Assembly (NCBI GenBank): GCA_009859145.1
Contig: VRVR01000048.1
Location: forward strand, 177,843 to 241,842
Source of the DNA: Andalucia godoyi And28
Lineage: Eukaryota > Protista > Jakobida
Length of the DNA stretch: 64,000 bases
Reading direction: 5' to 3'
Numbering within the stretch: the first letter of the stretch is position 1; each line of letters opens with the position of its first letter. The notes beneath the pieces are model-generated. The model ran no database searches and was not told where the DNA came from. It saw nothing but the letters and a program-made list of their open reading frames with translations. Made by a program: the position numbers and the translations under genes. Below, piece after piece: positions 52,201 through 62,954 of the stretch.

Positions 52201-54399
52201 GACAGCAGATGCAACATCACTAGCTCCATTGCTCACATCGGACTTCATCGATAGTGCATCCGACCCTTCAGCGCTGCCGCCAGTCTGCATGCGAGGCGCT
52301 GCGGGCAACGCAGAAAGTTCCAGCGCACCCGTTGCTTCTGACGCCATTTTGAACCGCGTGTCCCGCCTCTTCTTTCTCAGCATGTCTCCATTCTCACCTT
52401 CGTGGCGATCCGCCAGAGCAATGTAATATCGAGCTTCATCAAATGAAAGTGGATCGAGATCTCGGAGAAATTGAGCGTATGCACGAAGAACAGTCGGAGA
52501 AGACGGAAACCTTTGCAAAAGAGACCCAAGCAGATTTCGTGCAGCAATTTCCTCGCTTTCGATTCGGCTCACAGCAGCAGGCAACTGCTTGAGAGGAACA
52601 TTGTCGATCAGCAACAACTCCCAAAAAGCAGCAACCAGTTGGAGAGCTTGGATGCGATGGCGATTTGTCTTCTTCAAAAGAAGCATTAGTTCCGAACTTC
52701 CGCTTTGGTCCAGCGAGCGTCGTGCGTCATCCAAAGACGCCCAGAACACCTTGAATAACATCGAATTCTGTTCCAAACTGTCTGCGGTCGTTTTCAGTGC
52801 CTCTTGTACAGAGATCATCCCAAAAAGAGACGAGCGGACGGATGAGACAGTCAGAAAAAACTCGCATGCGCTCAGCTTCGTCCAGGGCGAGCATCCTTCT
52901 TGTTGCATGATTGTTTCGATGAGCGTCTTGCAATGTTCCAGAGTGTCAGACGCTCCTGACCGCTGTGAATGAATGCTACCGGAACTGATCCAGTAAACAA
53001 GTGCGGACATCTCGTACCACCGTAGAGGTATGAGTGGCCTGTGAATGTCCTCATCATTCGAAGCTGTAGACGTTGATGCACATTCAACATCGTCCGTTGG
53101 AGAAAACGACGGCGAGGAAGGTTGATTGGCCTCGGATGACTCACTGTTCCAAACCTTTGAGGAATACCGACTTCCTTCATTCGAGAGCGTGGAGGAAGCG
53201 CACTTCTTCTTCAAGTAATGAATTCGCTTTCGAAGCAACAGTTCTGACAATGCAACCAGAAATGATGCTGATAAGAGTATCATCCCAAATGAGTACGATG
53301 AGAAGTCAAACGAAGCAAGACTGGCGCTGATCAGGGCTGCTCGAGAGTATAGCGACACACGCTGACCCGCCCTCCACTTGTAAGGGCAGAAGTACAGGAC
53401 AACCATCCACACGGTCAGCGAGACGATGAGAGAAAATGTTGAGAAAAAGAATTGGTTGAAGGAAAAATACAGTATCGATCCGCACACAAACTTCTCCCCG
53501 ACGGTGACGGGCTGAATGAGATACGGAAGAGAAAGATCCAACAGAGAATATTCGAGCTTCGCGAACCCAAAAGAAACAATAAACGCCTCCGCGAATCTTA
53601 CTATCAGCATGCCGACGAAGAACGTTATGGCAAAGCAAATGTACAAGAGCTGAACGGAACTTACGCAGTGAATTGCGTTGCCAGTCTGTGCCAGGGTATT
53701 TCCAGCCCAGTCCATCAAGACGGAATCCAAGGGATTTGATGTCATGGTGCAATTCATCATTTGGAAAAACGCGAACATTGCAGGAAGCGTGATGATTGAG
53801 CGTCCACTTGAAACCAAGATGAAAAGAAACGAGAGCAAGGTTCGGGATATTGGGCTTCGATTCTGGTGCTGACGCTGAATCAGCAGCGTCAAGACCAGTT
53901 CAATGACTAAGAGACTTCCAAACAAGAACAAACGCACAATCATGTCGACGTAATTGTGATTCAGACTCTCCCCGAAAAACAGCAAGCGCGACAAGACCGT
54001 GAGCCAATTGGCAGCAGAAGAACCGGGAGAGGCATAGAGAAGAGCCAACGGCGCATTGATCAGCAATGCAAACATCTGCAAATACTCGATAATCCACAGG
54101 CACACAGAAAATGGAACAGCAAAAACATTTTTTCGTGCTACGTATGGCGTGGAGTTGAGCGTCCCGAAAGCGGCTCCAAACGTAATGAACACTTTCTGCC
54201 AGGGTGCAGAAAACTGAAGATGATCCATAAGGCTTCGTCCAGAGGAGGTGGACCACGACGTGAACGAATCGTGCCTCGACTGACCGTCTCCATCAGAAAT
54301 GTCTTCGCTGGTGTCCTCCACGTGAGCAGACTGCAAAGGCGTGGTTCGACGAAAATTAGGGAATCTGCCTCCAAACGTCGTGTCCGTCGTGTTGTGCAT
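49294..54399 (-). CDS. Multi-pass class III adenylate cyclase with two NarX/PilJ-like sensor domains and a PAS domain
   Basis: C-terminal CFVDIVKFT, KIKLIGDC, YDCIGDAVNIASRMES; PAS (ASVDGILELNSKG...FPVQLSLS); N-terminal TM bundle; two N-x-A-G-x-x-R motifs, each after a TM. Confidence 0.9.
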   Translation of the reverse strand: MHNTTDTTFGGRFPNFRRTTPLQSAHVEDTSEDISDGDGQSRHDSFTSWSTSSGRSLMDHLQFSAPWQKVFITFGAAFGTLNSTPYVARKNVFAVPFSVCLWIIEYLQMFALLINAPLALLYASPGSSAANWLTVLSRLLFFGESLNHNYVDMIVRLFLFGSLLVIELVLTLLIQRQHQNRSPISRTLLSFLFILVSSGRSIITLPAMFAFFQMMNCTMTSNPLDSVLMDWAGNTLAQTGNAIHCVSSVQLLYICFAITFFVGMLIVRFAEAFIVSFGFAKLEYSLLDLSLPYLIQPVTVGEKFVCGSILYFSFNQFFFSTFSLIVSLTVWMVVLYFCPYKWRAGQRVSLYSRAALISASLASFDFSSYSFGMILLSASFLVALSELLLRKRIHYLKKKCASSTLSNEGSRYSSKVWNSESSEANQPSSPSFSPTDDVECASTSTASNDEDIHRPLIPLRWYEMSALVYWISSGSIHSQRSGASDTLEHCKTLIETIMQQEGCSPWTKLSACEFFLTVSSVRSSLFGMISVQEALKTTADSLEQNSMLFKVFWASLDDARRSLDQSGSSELMLLLKKTNRHRIQALQLVAAFWELLLIDNVPLKQLPAAVSRIESEEIAARNLLGSLLQRFPSSPTVLRAYAQFLRDLDPLSFDEARYYIALADRHEGENGDMLRKKRRDTRFKMASEATGALELSALPAAPRMQTGGSAEGSDALSMKSDVSNGASDVASAVGLRSSSSTPKAIRMKPRKKRVQVGELVEPETMDTEMDVGKGSVAFDSVSEGNADPDSASSAAEIAEDMKSLLVKKPKSLYHISFAMFVSLLCLLAICITVYVIGKSTIRSDKGDMVANAGGTRMPSVNAAYMTALCEAVAKGWYTGTSFSASITKLTQTATDIETAASSLFASTFGVDSLIAEWQKRDVPFYLWSASTQDHTVVMQSRWEMYNSYVRSIRNVASFNATFFSSNVWTGNNTDFRSIVENGPYSLLTGMWSLVYAYVAYYRDSAAQDRITLWVLAALAVGLPILLILLLYVRAMRSILRERKAISRLFLLVPKTDVSTIVQKCRTAIHAGNGKKGSSADILLRGAAASSTSATTRVTLIFLTFIIVICSLIIVMCGFCLAASFSSYSKSAQINYAGSRRSFSQRINYLATELIRDDARLLNGGRASMRPQLSAGIQQLSEIHDAVKYGSAKFETPPSVGHSAAQDSLLFDRRCNDTLNVACLGLDGIMSAYLNLANVLLLLPDSQLTFQLQTYRDLLNIESLYLGPLLTQSKAIFVSETPSTVTFALSSIGPVFGVCVGVIAVALVVSQFLQAHLWKEIHQYRKMLTMIPVPVVEKVPALESFVRTHGTRMSENMFQDAVEEAELRTRSVLAASVDGILELNSKGFVEHASPSANQIFRCSENGNVIGRSFDTLVCNLRSFSDNFPYDIPKALDEAVRKKGTLSLRADGMLPDQQTFPVQLSLSSYKIKDEIFYAAFVRDLTVGEKTELLLRTERQRSDDLLLNILPRSIATRLKDGEHPIYDQYQCVSLCFVDIVKFTELSSHMTPRDLVEMLSDIFSNIDILCTKHKIEKIKLIGDCFFGAAGLFERKHDHAVAMISFLKDVIDMVKQYNLQHSTSIEIRAGVNSGPVIGAVIGKSKFVYDCIGDAVNIASRMESSGVPGRIQITRSTYELVWSSVDCEERGDVDIKGKGKMQTFLVK

Positions 54400-56173
54400 G
54401 TTAGGGAGGCTTCGCTGAGTAAACAATCCGAACGAAACACGAGGTTCGGCAAAAAATGAAAGAAGAAAGAATTCAACGAACAAAGGAAACAACGAGGCTT
54501 TTTTGGGCGACGAAATCGCACTCCCCACCACCGCTCATCATCACTCCGGCTCCTGCTCTTTCGCATCCCCTTGGTTCGAGGAAAGTGATCGCAAGCACTG
54601 GTATCGTGTGTGTGCAAAGCTGGCATCCAAAGGCGATCAGAGGAGAAGCAGGGGCGGCCCCGCATGATCAGACGCGGCAACTAGAGCCACCGTAATTGGA
54701 ATCAAATTCCTTTTTTGCACCCAAACCTCCGCTTCCGCTTTTGTCCGCCGGTGCACAGTCGGAGACGGATGGAACGTTTCAAAGCCTGTTTGCTCGCAAA
54801 GTCGGATGGGTTGATGGTTCGCAATTCCGGGAGCCGCACTGCAGGCGGAGTGGCCAGTTCCCGCTTCACAGCTTCCGTTTTATCTTTGAACGGTGTGCTC
54901 ATTCTTGCCTTTTCTGCTGGAAAGAAATGTATGTTTTTGAGGCCAAACGTTGACTTTTCGGAGTCTTTGGGGAAAATGCTTGATGCTAGATGTACGGTAT
55001 TTTACTTCGCAAGGCCTGTGACCGCGTCATTTCTGAATGAGAATGTCCTATAGCGGTTGCTTTGTTGTGGAACAACTGTAATGGCATCGGCTTGAGTGAT
55101 CTCCCTTTTTTGAACCGGTGACAACGGCCTTCTATTCTGAGCAAGTACACATTGTTGCAGCTTTAAACAATGGTGAGCGTCCTGAACTAGAGACGCACGA
55201 ACAACCAGTTCTACTGTCGCCTGGAGGGTTTTGCCATCTCACTGCTCTGCATCCGATGTCCTCATACATAGAGAACATTCAGCGCGCTTCTTGATGTTAT
55301 TCACACTATGGCATCGGGTTCGAAGTTCATTGGCCGTCTACACGACGTAGGAACTGGCTCATCGTGCTCGGTTGGATTGCTGAAAGTCTCTTGCAGCACA
55401 TGTTTCCAGACTTGGACTATCCAACTATGCGTCATGTCAAAGATCTATTTTGCCATTTTCACAGCAACTTCATCAAGAACCGGAGAAACGCGCAATTGCC
55501 TATGCGGTTCCTTTGTAGTCATCGAAGCAATGCCGCCTCGTGCACACTTCTTTTCTGCCTTTCTCAGTTTGCGGTTCTGTCATTTCCAGGTGGTGCTGTG
55601 GAGGGCCTTTTGCAGTCGGCTGCTTACTCCTCAATTCATGTTCAAGCAAAGCGATCGTGGGAAGCTCTTCGAAAAGAATACATGATCAAATGTCTACGAC
55701 CTTTGACAGAGCGTTGATAACGTCTTGTCTGTTACCGGATGCTGCTCTTGACGTAGTGAACGTGATTGTAGATCGCGCGGTGGAAGCAGGCTTGTTTTCT
55801 CTTGTCACGCAGCTTGCTACACGTATTGTCATTAATGTACAGCGCATTAGAACATGCATCACTGTCATTTCCTTGGTGAGCGAGCAGTTTTCTAACCATC
55901 AAAGCGATGACAGAGCTTTGCAAATTAAGATCACAAGAAATGAAAAACGAGCGCAAGGACGAGAGCAAACGAGACGAGCGACAGGAACGAAACCTAGTTT
56001 TACAATAATCGAAAGTCGACAAATGACGAGCCGCGGCAGTGGTCGGGCCAGCCGCTGCCTGGGCTCGCTTTTCTTTCCTTCTCTTACCAGTTGAGAAAAG
56101 GTAAATAAAGACGCGTGCTTAACGCAAGTCACTGTTCTTTCGTTGTTTTACTGGCTGATAAAAGCTACTGCGG

Positions 56174-59166
56174 ATGACAATCTGTTTATTGTCTATCCCT
56201 GTGTGTCTCTTACAAAGAATTTGTTCATTTTCTTTGTCGTGCGAAATAGCAAGTCTTGCATGTTCACACAAAGCAATTCTTCAGCACATTCAGAAGTTTG
56301 CAGAAGACGGGGAATTGAAATGGTTTTATAGGTTTATGGACGATGTGCGTCATTGTGAATTTCGCTCCTATGTTAATCAAAGCTTTCAACGGGATTTAAT
56401 CAAGTGCGGTTGTTTCCGAGACTTTCACATTGCTTCAGTTGGTGCAGTGATTAGTGGCATGTACTTGGAACGTGATCAACTTCCCCTTTCTGTTCATAGA
56501 CCGGAAAATGATAACGATGAGCAAAGGTTTGCTTCTGAAAACAGCGAGTTCGACAGCTTTTTGGCAGACGAATCAGAAGCCGAACCTGCAAATGACGGTT
56601 TCTACGATGCTCAGCACGAAGTTGTCGGAGATAATCGCTTTCGCGTTCAGTTAGACAATGTTCATCATTCTGACAGGGAAGCTTCCTCAATTAGACTTGC
56701 TTCGCCGTTCCCTTTTTTGGACTTCGAAATGACCTTTGATGCCTTGGTAGCTCTCTGCCAATCAAGAAGGACGGCGTTTCCTACAGTCAAAGATGCTTCC
56801 TCGTGTCCTTCCTTGCCTTCTGTTTCTGATTACTTTACTGTGGGAGTATCGCTATCCCGGCAACTCTCTGCAGATTCGACTTTTCTAAGCAATGTGAGTG
56901 TCCAGTTTATTAACGCAGAGCTGGTATCTTGTCCTTTGCATCTGTTACAAACTGAATTCAGCCAATTTATGCACGGATCTCAAGATGTCCGTTTGTCATT
57001 GTTATTGGGCTCAATTAGACGCCATGTCGACTTCATGAGATCATTATTCAAGTATTATGATCCACTTGGAAGGTTGCCAATTATTCGAATTTCTTGGACT
57101 GCCCTTCCTGTGCTCAAAATGATCGCATTATCAGAAACCGTCGAAAAGCAGCACCCGATACTATGGCATGTTTGTGTTCCTTTAGATAACTTCATTTCAT
57201 CTTTGAGCGTTGATGCTACAGAAGAAATGCTGTCCATTTTGGATGCTGTTTATGAACAATGCAAGACAAGTCGATTTGATTTTGAGATAATTGGTGATGC
57301 GAATTCTGAATTCATGTCCGTTGAATTGGAACGAACGAATTTGTGGAGTATTCAGTCACATCCAGCGTTTCGTCGATGGATTTTGTTTTCTGATAATGAT
57401 TTTCCCTCCTCAATCCTTGAACAACATTCCAAAAAGAATGTTTTGCATAGGAGATTAGATTTAGACTGCATTGATAGTCTTCTTGCTGTTGTTTCCGCTG
57501 AAATACGGTTGTTCAAATCCTTGCATTTGACAAAGTTTAATCCCGATTTTCTGAAGACTTTATGTTTGTCATCAATCGCCGAAGACATCACTGAAATATC
57601 CGATTTTCCCGTTTTAGAGACTTTACTGATACGACGACTATCGAACCGTCTTTCTTTGCGTGTCAATGGCTGTCGCCGACTACATGTTGCACATTGTGTC
57701 GAAGGTCTTTTGTGCTTTAGCAAAGTTCCTCGGCCATTCCTAAAACATGCTGGCTTTGTGGATTGTGAAGCCCTTTCTCAGAATTTGCTTGCCACTGTTG
57801 AAACTCTCGCATTGTATTTAGATTCATCAAGCCCAGATGAATTGAGGCTGCACGCGTTTTGCCCTAAGCTTACCTGCTTACGAGTTATCAGTCGAGACTT
57901 TTTGGGCGTCATCTGGGTTTTGCCACATGTTATAGTTATCAATTCTGCGGTTCCATCAGTAGACGTCAGACGCTGTCCGCTTCCTACTTGGAATGTAGAT
58001 CTGCTGTCGACTCGACTGCGTTTCTCAGAGGTGGACAAATCATCTAGGCATGGCGTGCGCGTTCGGTGTCTACAAGACGAATCTCGCTGCATTTCCGTTA
58101 CATTACCTTTCATGCGATCTCCAGAGTTGAGCCATCCTTGTTGCTTTATTTCTGTGGATTGTTCGTTGTTGCCAGATGCCGCAGTTTTGACGATTGAACA
58201 AGGTGACGAGAAACCCATTTCAGATGTAATCCGTCGTCGAATTGCGCTTGGCTGCACTCTTGATCGGTTCATCTTGAGCGTGGCACACTGTCGTCCCCGA
58301 GCGATATGGATTGATGCGGCATGCGATCTAATTGTGAATTCCTCTGTTCTCGAAGTCGTAGAGGCCATTTATTTGTCTAATTCCGATGCTCGCATCATTG
58401 TCGAAGGTCGCGGCGATTTGCTAACTTGTGGTATTTGCCTTGAACTTCCTAATTTGCGGTTTGTTTCTCAGGTGGGGAGATCGAAGCATATGTGTATTCT
58501 GAGCACGGATCAGCAAACGGTTGCGGTGCATTGTTCGCGTCGTTCAACGAAAGTCAACGTACTTGCAAGTAATGGCGATGCGCATTTGCAACAGATTTAT
58601 GAAGCTTACTCCTCCATGGGAATATCATTAGATATGTTGGATGAAGACTCATTGCGGTTAGCATCGCAAGAACATCTCAACAGGTATGTACAGTTACTAT
58701 CGGAACGTCAAGAGAAAAGGAACGACATTGTTTCTTCTACTCCAATATGTGTCTCTGACGTTGCGGCGCATCCGGCTTTCGCTGTCGTTGAAAGAATGCC
58801 GCAAAATGGACACAGTCCATTTTCTGTCGAAATGCCTGCGGAATGGAATGGCACTTTGCGATTTTCTTTTCTTTTGGAACCAAAAGAGGAATTCTTTGAC
58901 AAAGGCGGTGGTCGAGATACTCCGGTCGAGGATGCTGATATCGATGAAGAGACCTTGTCCTGCCCCTCTGATCCTTCAACAAGTGAAGTGGAGGATTTGG
59001 AAAATCCATCATTATGGAAGAAAGACGAAAGATTCAAAAGCGGGGATAGTGATTTTCAGTTCAAGGATAATGATGGTAATGATGATAGTGATGACGATGT
59101 CGATGACGACGGCGATGGCGAAGATGAAAGTGACAACGAAAATAGTGATGATGATGATGATGATAG

Positions 59167-59202
<36 letters not shown>

Positions 59203-59392
59203 CGAAATGAAACATCCGATGCAGAGTTTGCGGCCTTCGAAGCGCCCCCGTTTGATCTCGAATTCCGATGATGAAGATGATGATGAAGAAAACGAGAACG
59301 GAAATAGTGAAGACATCGCGTCTTTCGCCAAACGATTGTCCATCACTGCTTTTTCTCATCCAGCCCTTCTTGACAGAGATGATTCCGACTGA
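56174..59392 (+). CDS. Hypothetical 1072-aa protein, LRR-like central region, Asp-rich tail, putative NLS
   Basis: ATG-initiated uninterrupted ORF; LETLLI, VETLAL and LTCLRV-type periodicity; poly-D tract; PSKRPRL. Confidence 0.75.
59095..59202 (+). repeat. (GAT)n coding poly-Asp tract
   Basis: Directly visible. Confidence 0.9.
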
Positions 59393-59691
59393 AGTTCATT
59401 AAGTCGAACATTATAGATATTACATGATATGGCTCTGATATGCATCTGATGCATGAGGTCTCCTAACTTCTGAATTGGTGATGTCAACTTCTCTTCTGTA
59501 TCATGCTGGATGTGTACAGCTGTGCGATATCATCAAAGATCTCAGTGCATTGCATGTGTTTTCAATCAGATCACGAGAAACTGTGTGCGGGATTAGTTTA
59601 AACGATACAATACAGTTGTTTTACGATTTGCAACACAAAATCTGCACGCGTAAGGGAACGCGTAAATTCCAGACGACGATCTGAAACAGTT

Positions 59692-61404
59692 TCATCCAAA
59701 TAACCCTCCATAAATGCCACTAATAAAAGGAAAGAAGTTTAGCCGTAGCAGCTTCGTAACACTATTTTCGCAAGCCAAACTCTCCAGCAACTTCCATGGA
59801 CGACGAAACAGTCGGAGTTCTCCATTCCACCGACGTGAACCTACATGAATCCGAGAAGGCAGGACATATTGAGGTAGCGGTGATCGTCGAAAATTCAAAT
59901 AAGCAGCCAAGGACATGCTGTCATCCGGAATGACTCCTGGGAAATCAAGACTTTCACTTTCTTCTGCTCGATGACGGAAAAAGGGGATCCAGTCATCCAA
60001 CTCCGGATGACTTTGGATAGCATTTGCATCAATGCGTAGATGCTCAGACCATAGCAAGGAACAAAATTCAACCACGGCGTTCTTGTCATTTACAAGGACG
60101 GCTATCTCGCTGTCACATTGACCTGACATAGACCGAAAATTGATATTGGCGCTTCCGATAATGGCGGATACACCATCGACGACCATCACCTTAGAATGGA
60201 CATACACGGATTCGAACCAACAACCGCCATGATCATATTCAAGTTTTAGAACATAAAAACACTGAACATAGTCCTCGAATGAGAGACGTCCCGAGAAACG
60301 TTCTTGAAACAAAGAACGAAATCGTTTGAAAGTGCTGCATTCAAAAGCGAGAACTCCTTGAAATGACTTTGAATCAATATCACTTTCCATGTGAAGCGGA
60401 AGTACAATAACTACTTTCAAACAATCCTGTCCATGAGAGACAAGATACTCCATTCTGTCCATAATCGAATCTACTATACCATGACTATGACCATAATCGT
60501 CAGCAAAAAACTGATTCTCAATATATATGAATTTGTAAGCGTTTGAAATCGAATGTAAGTAAGCGCGCAGAAGAGAAGTGTCTGCAACTTTTCGTCCAGA
60601 AGCCCATGTTGGAATAGAGTGCACAAAGGACAGACATGTTGCAGGTATCTCTCGCCACGTTGCCGTAAAATGAAGTCCTTCATCAGAGATTGGATGAACG
60701 AATGGCAAATATGGGCGAAGACCTACAAACCGCATAAAATTCAACATCTCCACTAAAACTTGTGAAGATGGCGCTCCAAATACGCCGGCGTGAACATCGT
60801 GCCATGGCATTCTAGGAAAAAGACCAGAAGAAAACCGATGGAACCAAGCATTCCTGATTTCTTTAGTATCCCAGTCAAACGAACGGAGAAGTGCGTGTTC
60901 GTTGTTATCCCATCGTCCAAAAGCCAGATCAAGGCCTCCGACAAACACCAAACTCTCATCTACAATAATAATTTTGCGGTGATGACTTACTAAAGCGTTT
61001 TTTCCTGCTATAAAAGGAATCCGTCCAACAAAAGTTTCAGGAACGAACCTGGCCCAAGTACGAATACCAGAGTTAGGATGCAGACAATAATCAAATCTTT
61101 CGTGGTAGGCTTTGCGCAACCCCTCAAGAAAAGGTGTCAACTTGTCTACGAAAGTGCCAGAAGTGCCTAATGCATCATGCCATAAAACCATTCGGATTTG
61201 GATGCTTCTTGGGGGACTCAAAGCCTCTTGAAGCAGACCAAAAAGAGAATCTCGTGCAGCTCTGTCAAGAATCACTTCAAAATTTAAAGTCCAACCACAT
61301 ATGAAAACGCTATTCTTCGCATTGCGGATGGCATTTGCAATGTCCAAGAAAGCTCCTTCACCGTCTACGTATGCTTTAAAGCGCGCAACTGGATGCTCAT
61401 TCAT
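59692..61404 (-). CDS. Phospholipase D (two HKD motifs; PLD1/SPO14-type core without PX, PH or C2)
   Basis: AYVDGEGAF...FICGW, SHHRKIIIVD, RMPWHDVH, IYIENQFF, YVHSKVMVVD...IGSANIN..S...DSE. Confidence 0.93.
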   Translation of the reverse strand: MNEHPVARFKAYVDGEGAFLDIANAIRNAKNSVFICGWTLNFEVILDRAARDSLFGLLQEALSPPRSIQIRMVLWHDALGTSGTFVDKLTPFLEGLRKAYHERFDYCLHPNSGIRTWARFVPETFVGRIPFIAGKNALVSHHRKIIIVDESLVFVGGLDLAFGRWDNNEHALLRSFDWDTKEIRNAWFHRFSSGLFPRMPWHDVHAGVFGAPSSQVLVEMLNFMRFVGLRPYLPFVHPISDEGLHFTATWREIPATCLSFVHSIPTWASGRKVADTSLLRAYLHSISNAYKFIYIENQFFADDYGHSHGIVDSIMDRMEYLVSHGQDCLKVVIVLPLHMESDIDSKSFQGVLAFECSTFKRFRSLFQERFSGRLSFEDYVQCFYVLKLEYDHGGCWFESVYVHSKVMVVDGVSAIIGSANINFRSMSGQCDSEIAVLVNDKNAVVEFCSLLWSEHLRIDANAIQSHPELDDWIPFFRHRAEESESLDFPGVIPDDSMSLAAYLNFRRSPLPQYVLPSRIHVGSRRWNGELRLFRRPWKLLESLACENSVTKLLRLNFFPFISGIYGGLFG

Positions 61405-61639
61405 TGTAAAATAACAACAGTTTTGAAATGATGAAGCAGGATGAAGAAAAGCGGGTGAACGAATGAATTCCGGCTTGAAATGGTGGAAAACTTGAAGGTC
61501 GGTACTCGTCCCGAGGTTGAGGCATTCGTTAGCGTAACGAACCGCCCTAAAAATCCCCGGTCGAACAACTCCCAGCTACAAAAAAACCTCACGGATCCTG
61601 CTTCACGTTTGGCAATTTTTTTTCTTTTGTGAATATACG

Positions 61640-62398
61640 ATGATTTCTGTGCAAAAGGAGACGAGAATATCAATGTCGATTGATGATCGTGCAGCCAAGC
61701 GATCCCGCGGACCCTCTGCGGACCCGGATCCGCTGCTAACGTTATTTTTGAAGAAGGATACAAAAGGTATCGATTCTTATCTATCGTCATTGAAACGTGA
61801 GACTGAAGAACGGCGTTATGCGATTGTTGATTATGTGAATGAAAACTTCGCCGCGGATGATACTCACACCAAATCAAGATCCGCGTTGTTTATTTTGCAA
61901 GACTTGAACCACGTGTTTTCAGATCGGAAATCAACTGGTTTATACGAATATCTGATGGAGAGCAGCGAAAGGATAGTTGAGTTAGAAAACTTGCCATTAA
62001 GAGAGTTGGAAAGTCTACGTGACAGAGTCTGTGGAGACGCGAGTGTTAAAGACGATGTCCAAGACCTTCGTATACTGCTCGAAACAGTGATCGATCACAT
62101 TCGCAGTTCGAAGAATTCCAAAACTGTTCCTGTTTCGTCAGAGTCAAAAGGTTCTGAAAGCTTGAAGTCTCGATGTGCCGTGATGCTATCCTCTAAGGGA
62201 AAGTGCGCCAGGGTCCTAATGCAGGTTAAGAACGATATGAAGTTTAGGGAGAGTTTGGCAAGGGACGAAGACTGTTGTAGGTACTTAAGAATGTCTTTGC
62301 AAAGAGTGGAGTCATTGTGGAAAGACGAACTTGCGCAGGAATTGAGATCTCTCATCGCAGTTTCAAGTGTGAGCACTCGGCAGAAGGAAGTGCAGTAG
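61640..62398 (+). CDS. Hypothetical alpha-helical protein
   Basis: 252-aa ATG ORF divergent from PLD (235-bp gap); AAKRSRG basic patch. Confidence 0.6.
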   Translation: MISVQKETRISMSIDDRAAKRSRGPSADPDPLLTLFLKKDTKGIDSYLSSLKRETEERRYAIVDYVNENFAADDTHTKSRSALFILQDLNHVFSDRKSTGLYEYLMESSERIVELENLPLRELESLRDRVCGDASVKDDVQDLRILLETVIDHIRSSKNSKTVPVSSESKGSESLKSRCAVMLSSKGKCARVLMQVKNDMKFRESLARDEDCCRYLRMSLQRVESLWKDELAQELRSLIAVSSVSTRQKEVQ

Positions 62399-62492
62399 TA
62401 AGTGAATTTACTTGTGAAGCGATCGAATAATCGGATGCAAAAATCTGTGGACCGTGCGAATCAGTTGATAGTTTAATCATCTCGGCGCCAAT

Positions 62493-62954
62493 TCATCCTT
62501 TATTTGCCGGCTTTCGCAATAAATCAGTTACAATCCTGGATTTTTGAGAGGCGAACATGGAAATATCGCGTTTGAGATCATCATACAAATGCGCAGGCTG
62601 CCGCTGGTTGCTCTTTAGTACTACTGCATGTTCACACAAGCTGCTGCACCGTAAACCAGACCTGCGTCTGTCATCACTCCCATGGCCATCCATCACCCCT
62701 GAGAACTTTTTCATTAGCTTGTCCCTCTCCAGAGGAACATACTCATAAGAGATGTTGCTCGAGCATTTATCACGTGCTGTTTCGAAGATTGCATCCAATC
62801 TCGCGATACCCAGCAGAACTGCATACGTCTCACTACTTTTGTCATGTCGAATCATTCTCGAAGCCAGATCCTCATATTTCGTCGAGCAAGGCCACGTAGT
62901 ATTACCGACCAACATATTGCAGATGTCGGAGAGCCGCTCGTCCGTACACTCCAT
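62493..62954 (-). CDS. Hypothetical protein
   Basis: 153-aa ATG ORF convergent with the previous ORF; no motif recognised. Confidence 0.4.
   Translation of the reverse strand: MECTDERLSDICNMLVGNTTWPCSTKYEDLASRMIRHDKSSETYAVLLGIARLDAIFETARDKCSSNISYEYVPLERDKLMKKFSGVMDGHGSDDRRRSGLRCSSLCEHAVVLKSNQRQPAHLYDDLKRDISMFASQKSRIVTDLLRKPANKG

Noticed and set aside
54649-54695. CAGGGGCGGCCC or TAGAGCCACCG as a hAT-like left TIR, or a minus-strand Helitron CTAG end
   Set aside because: No inverted partner or TSD found at 62.4-64 kb; the adjacent hairpin is only 5 bp and AT-rich
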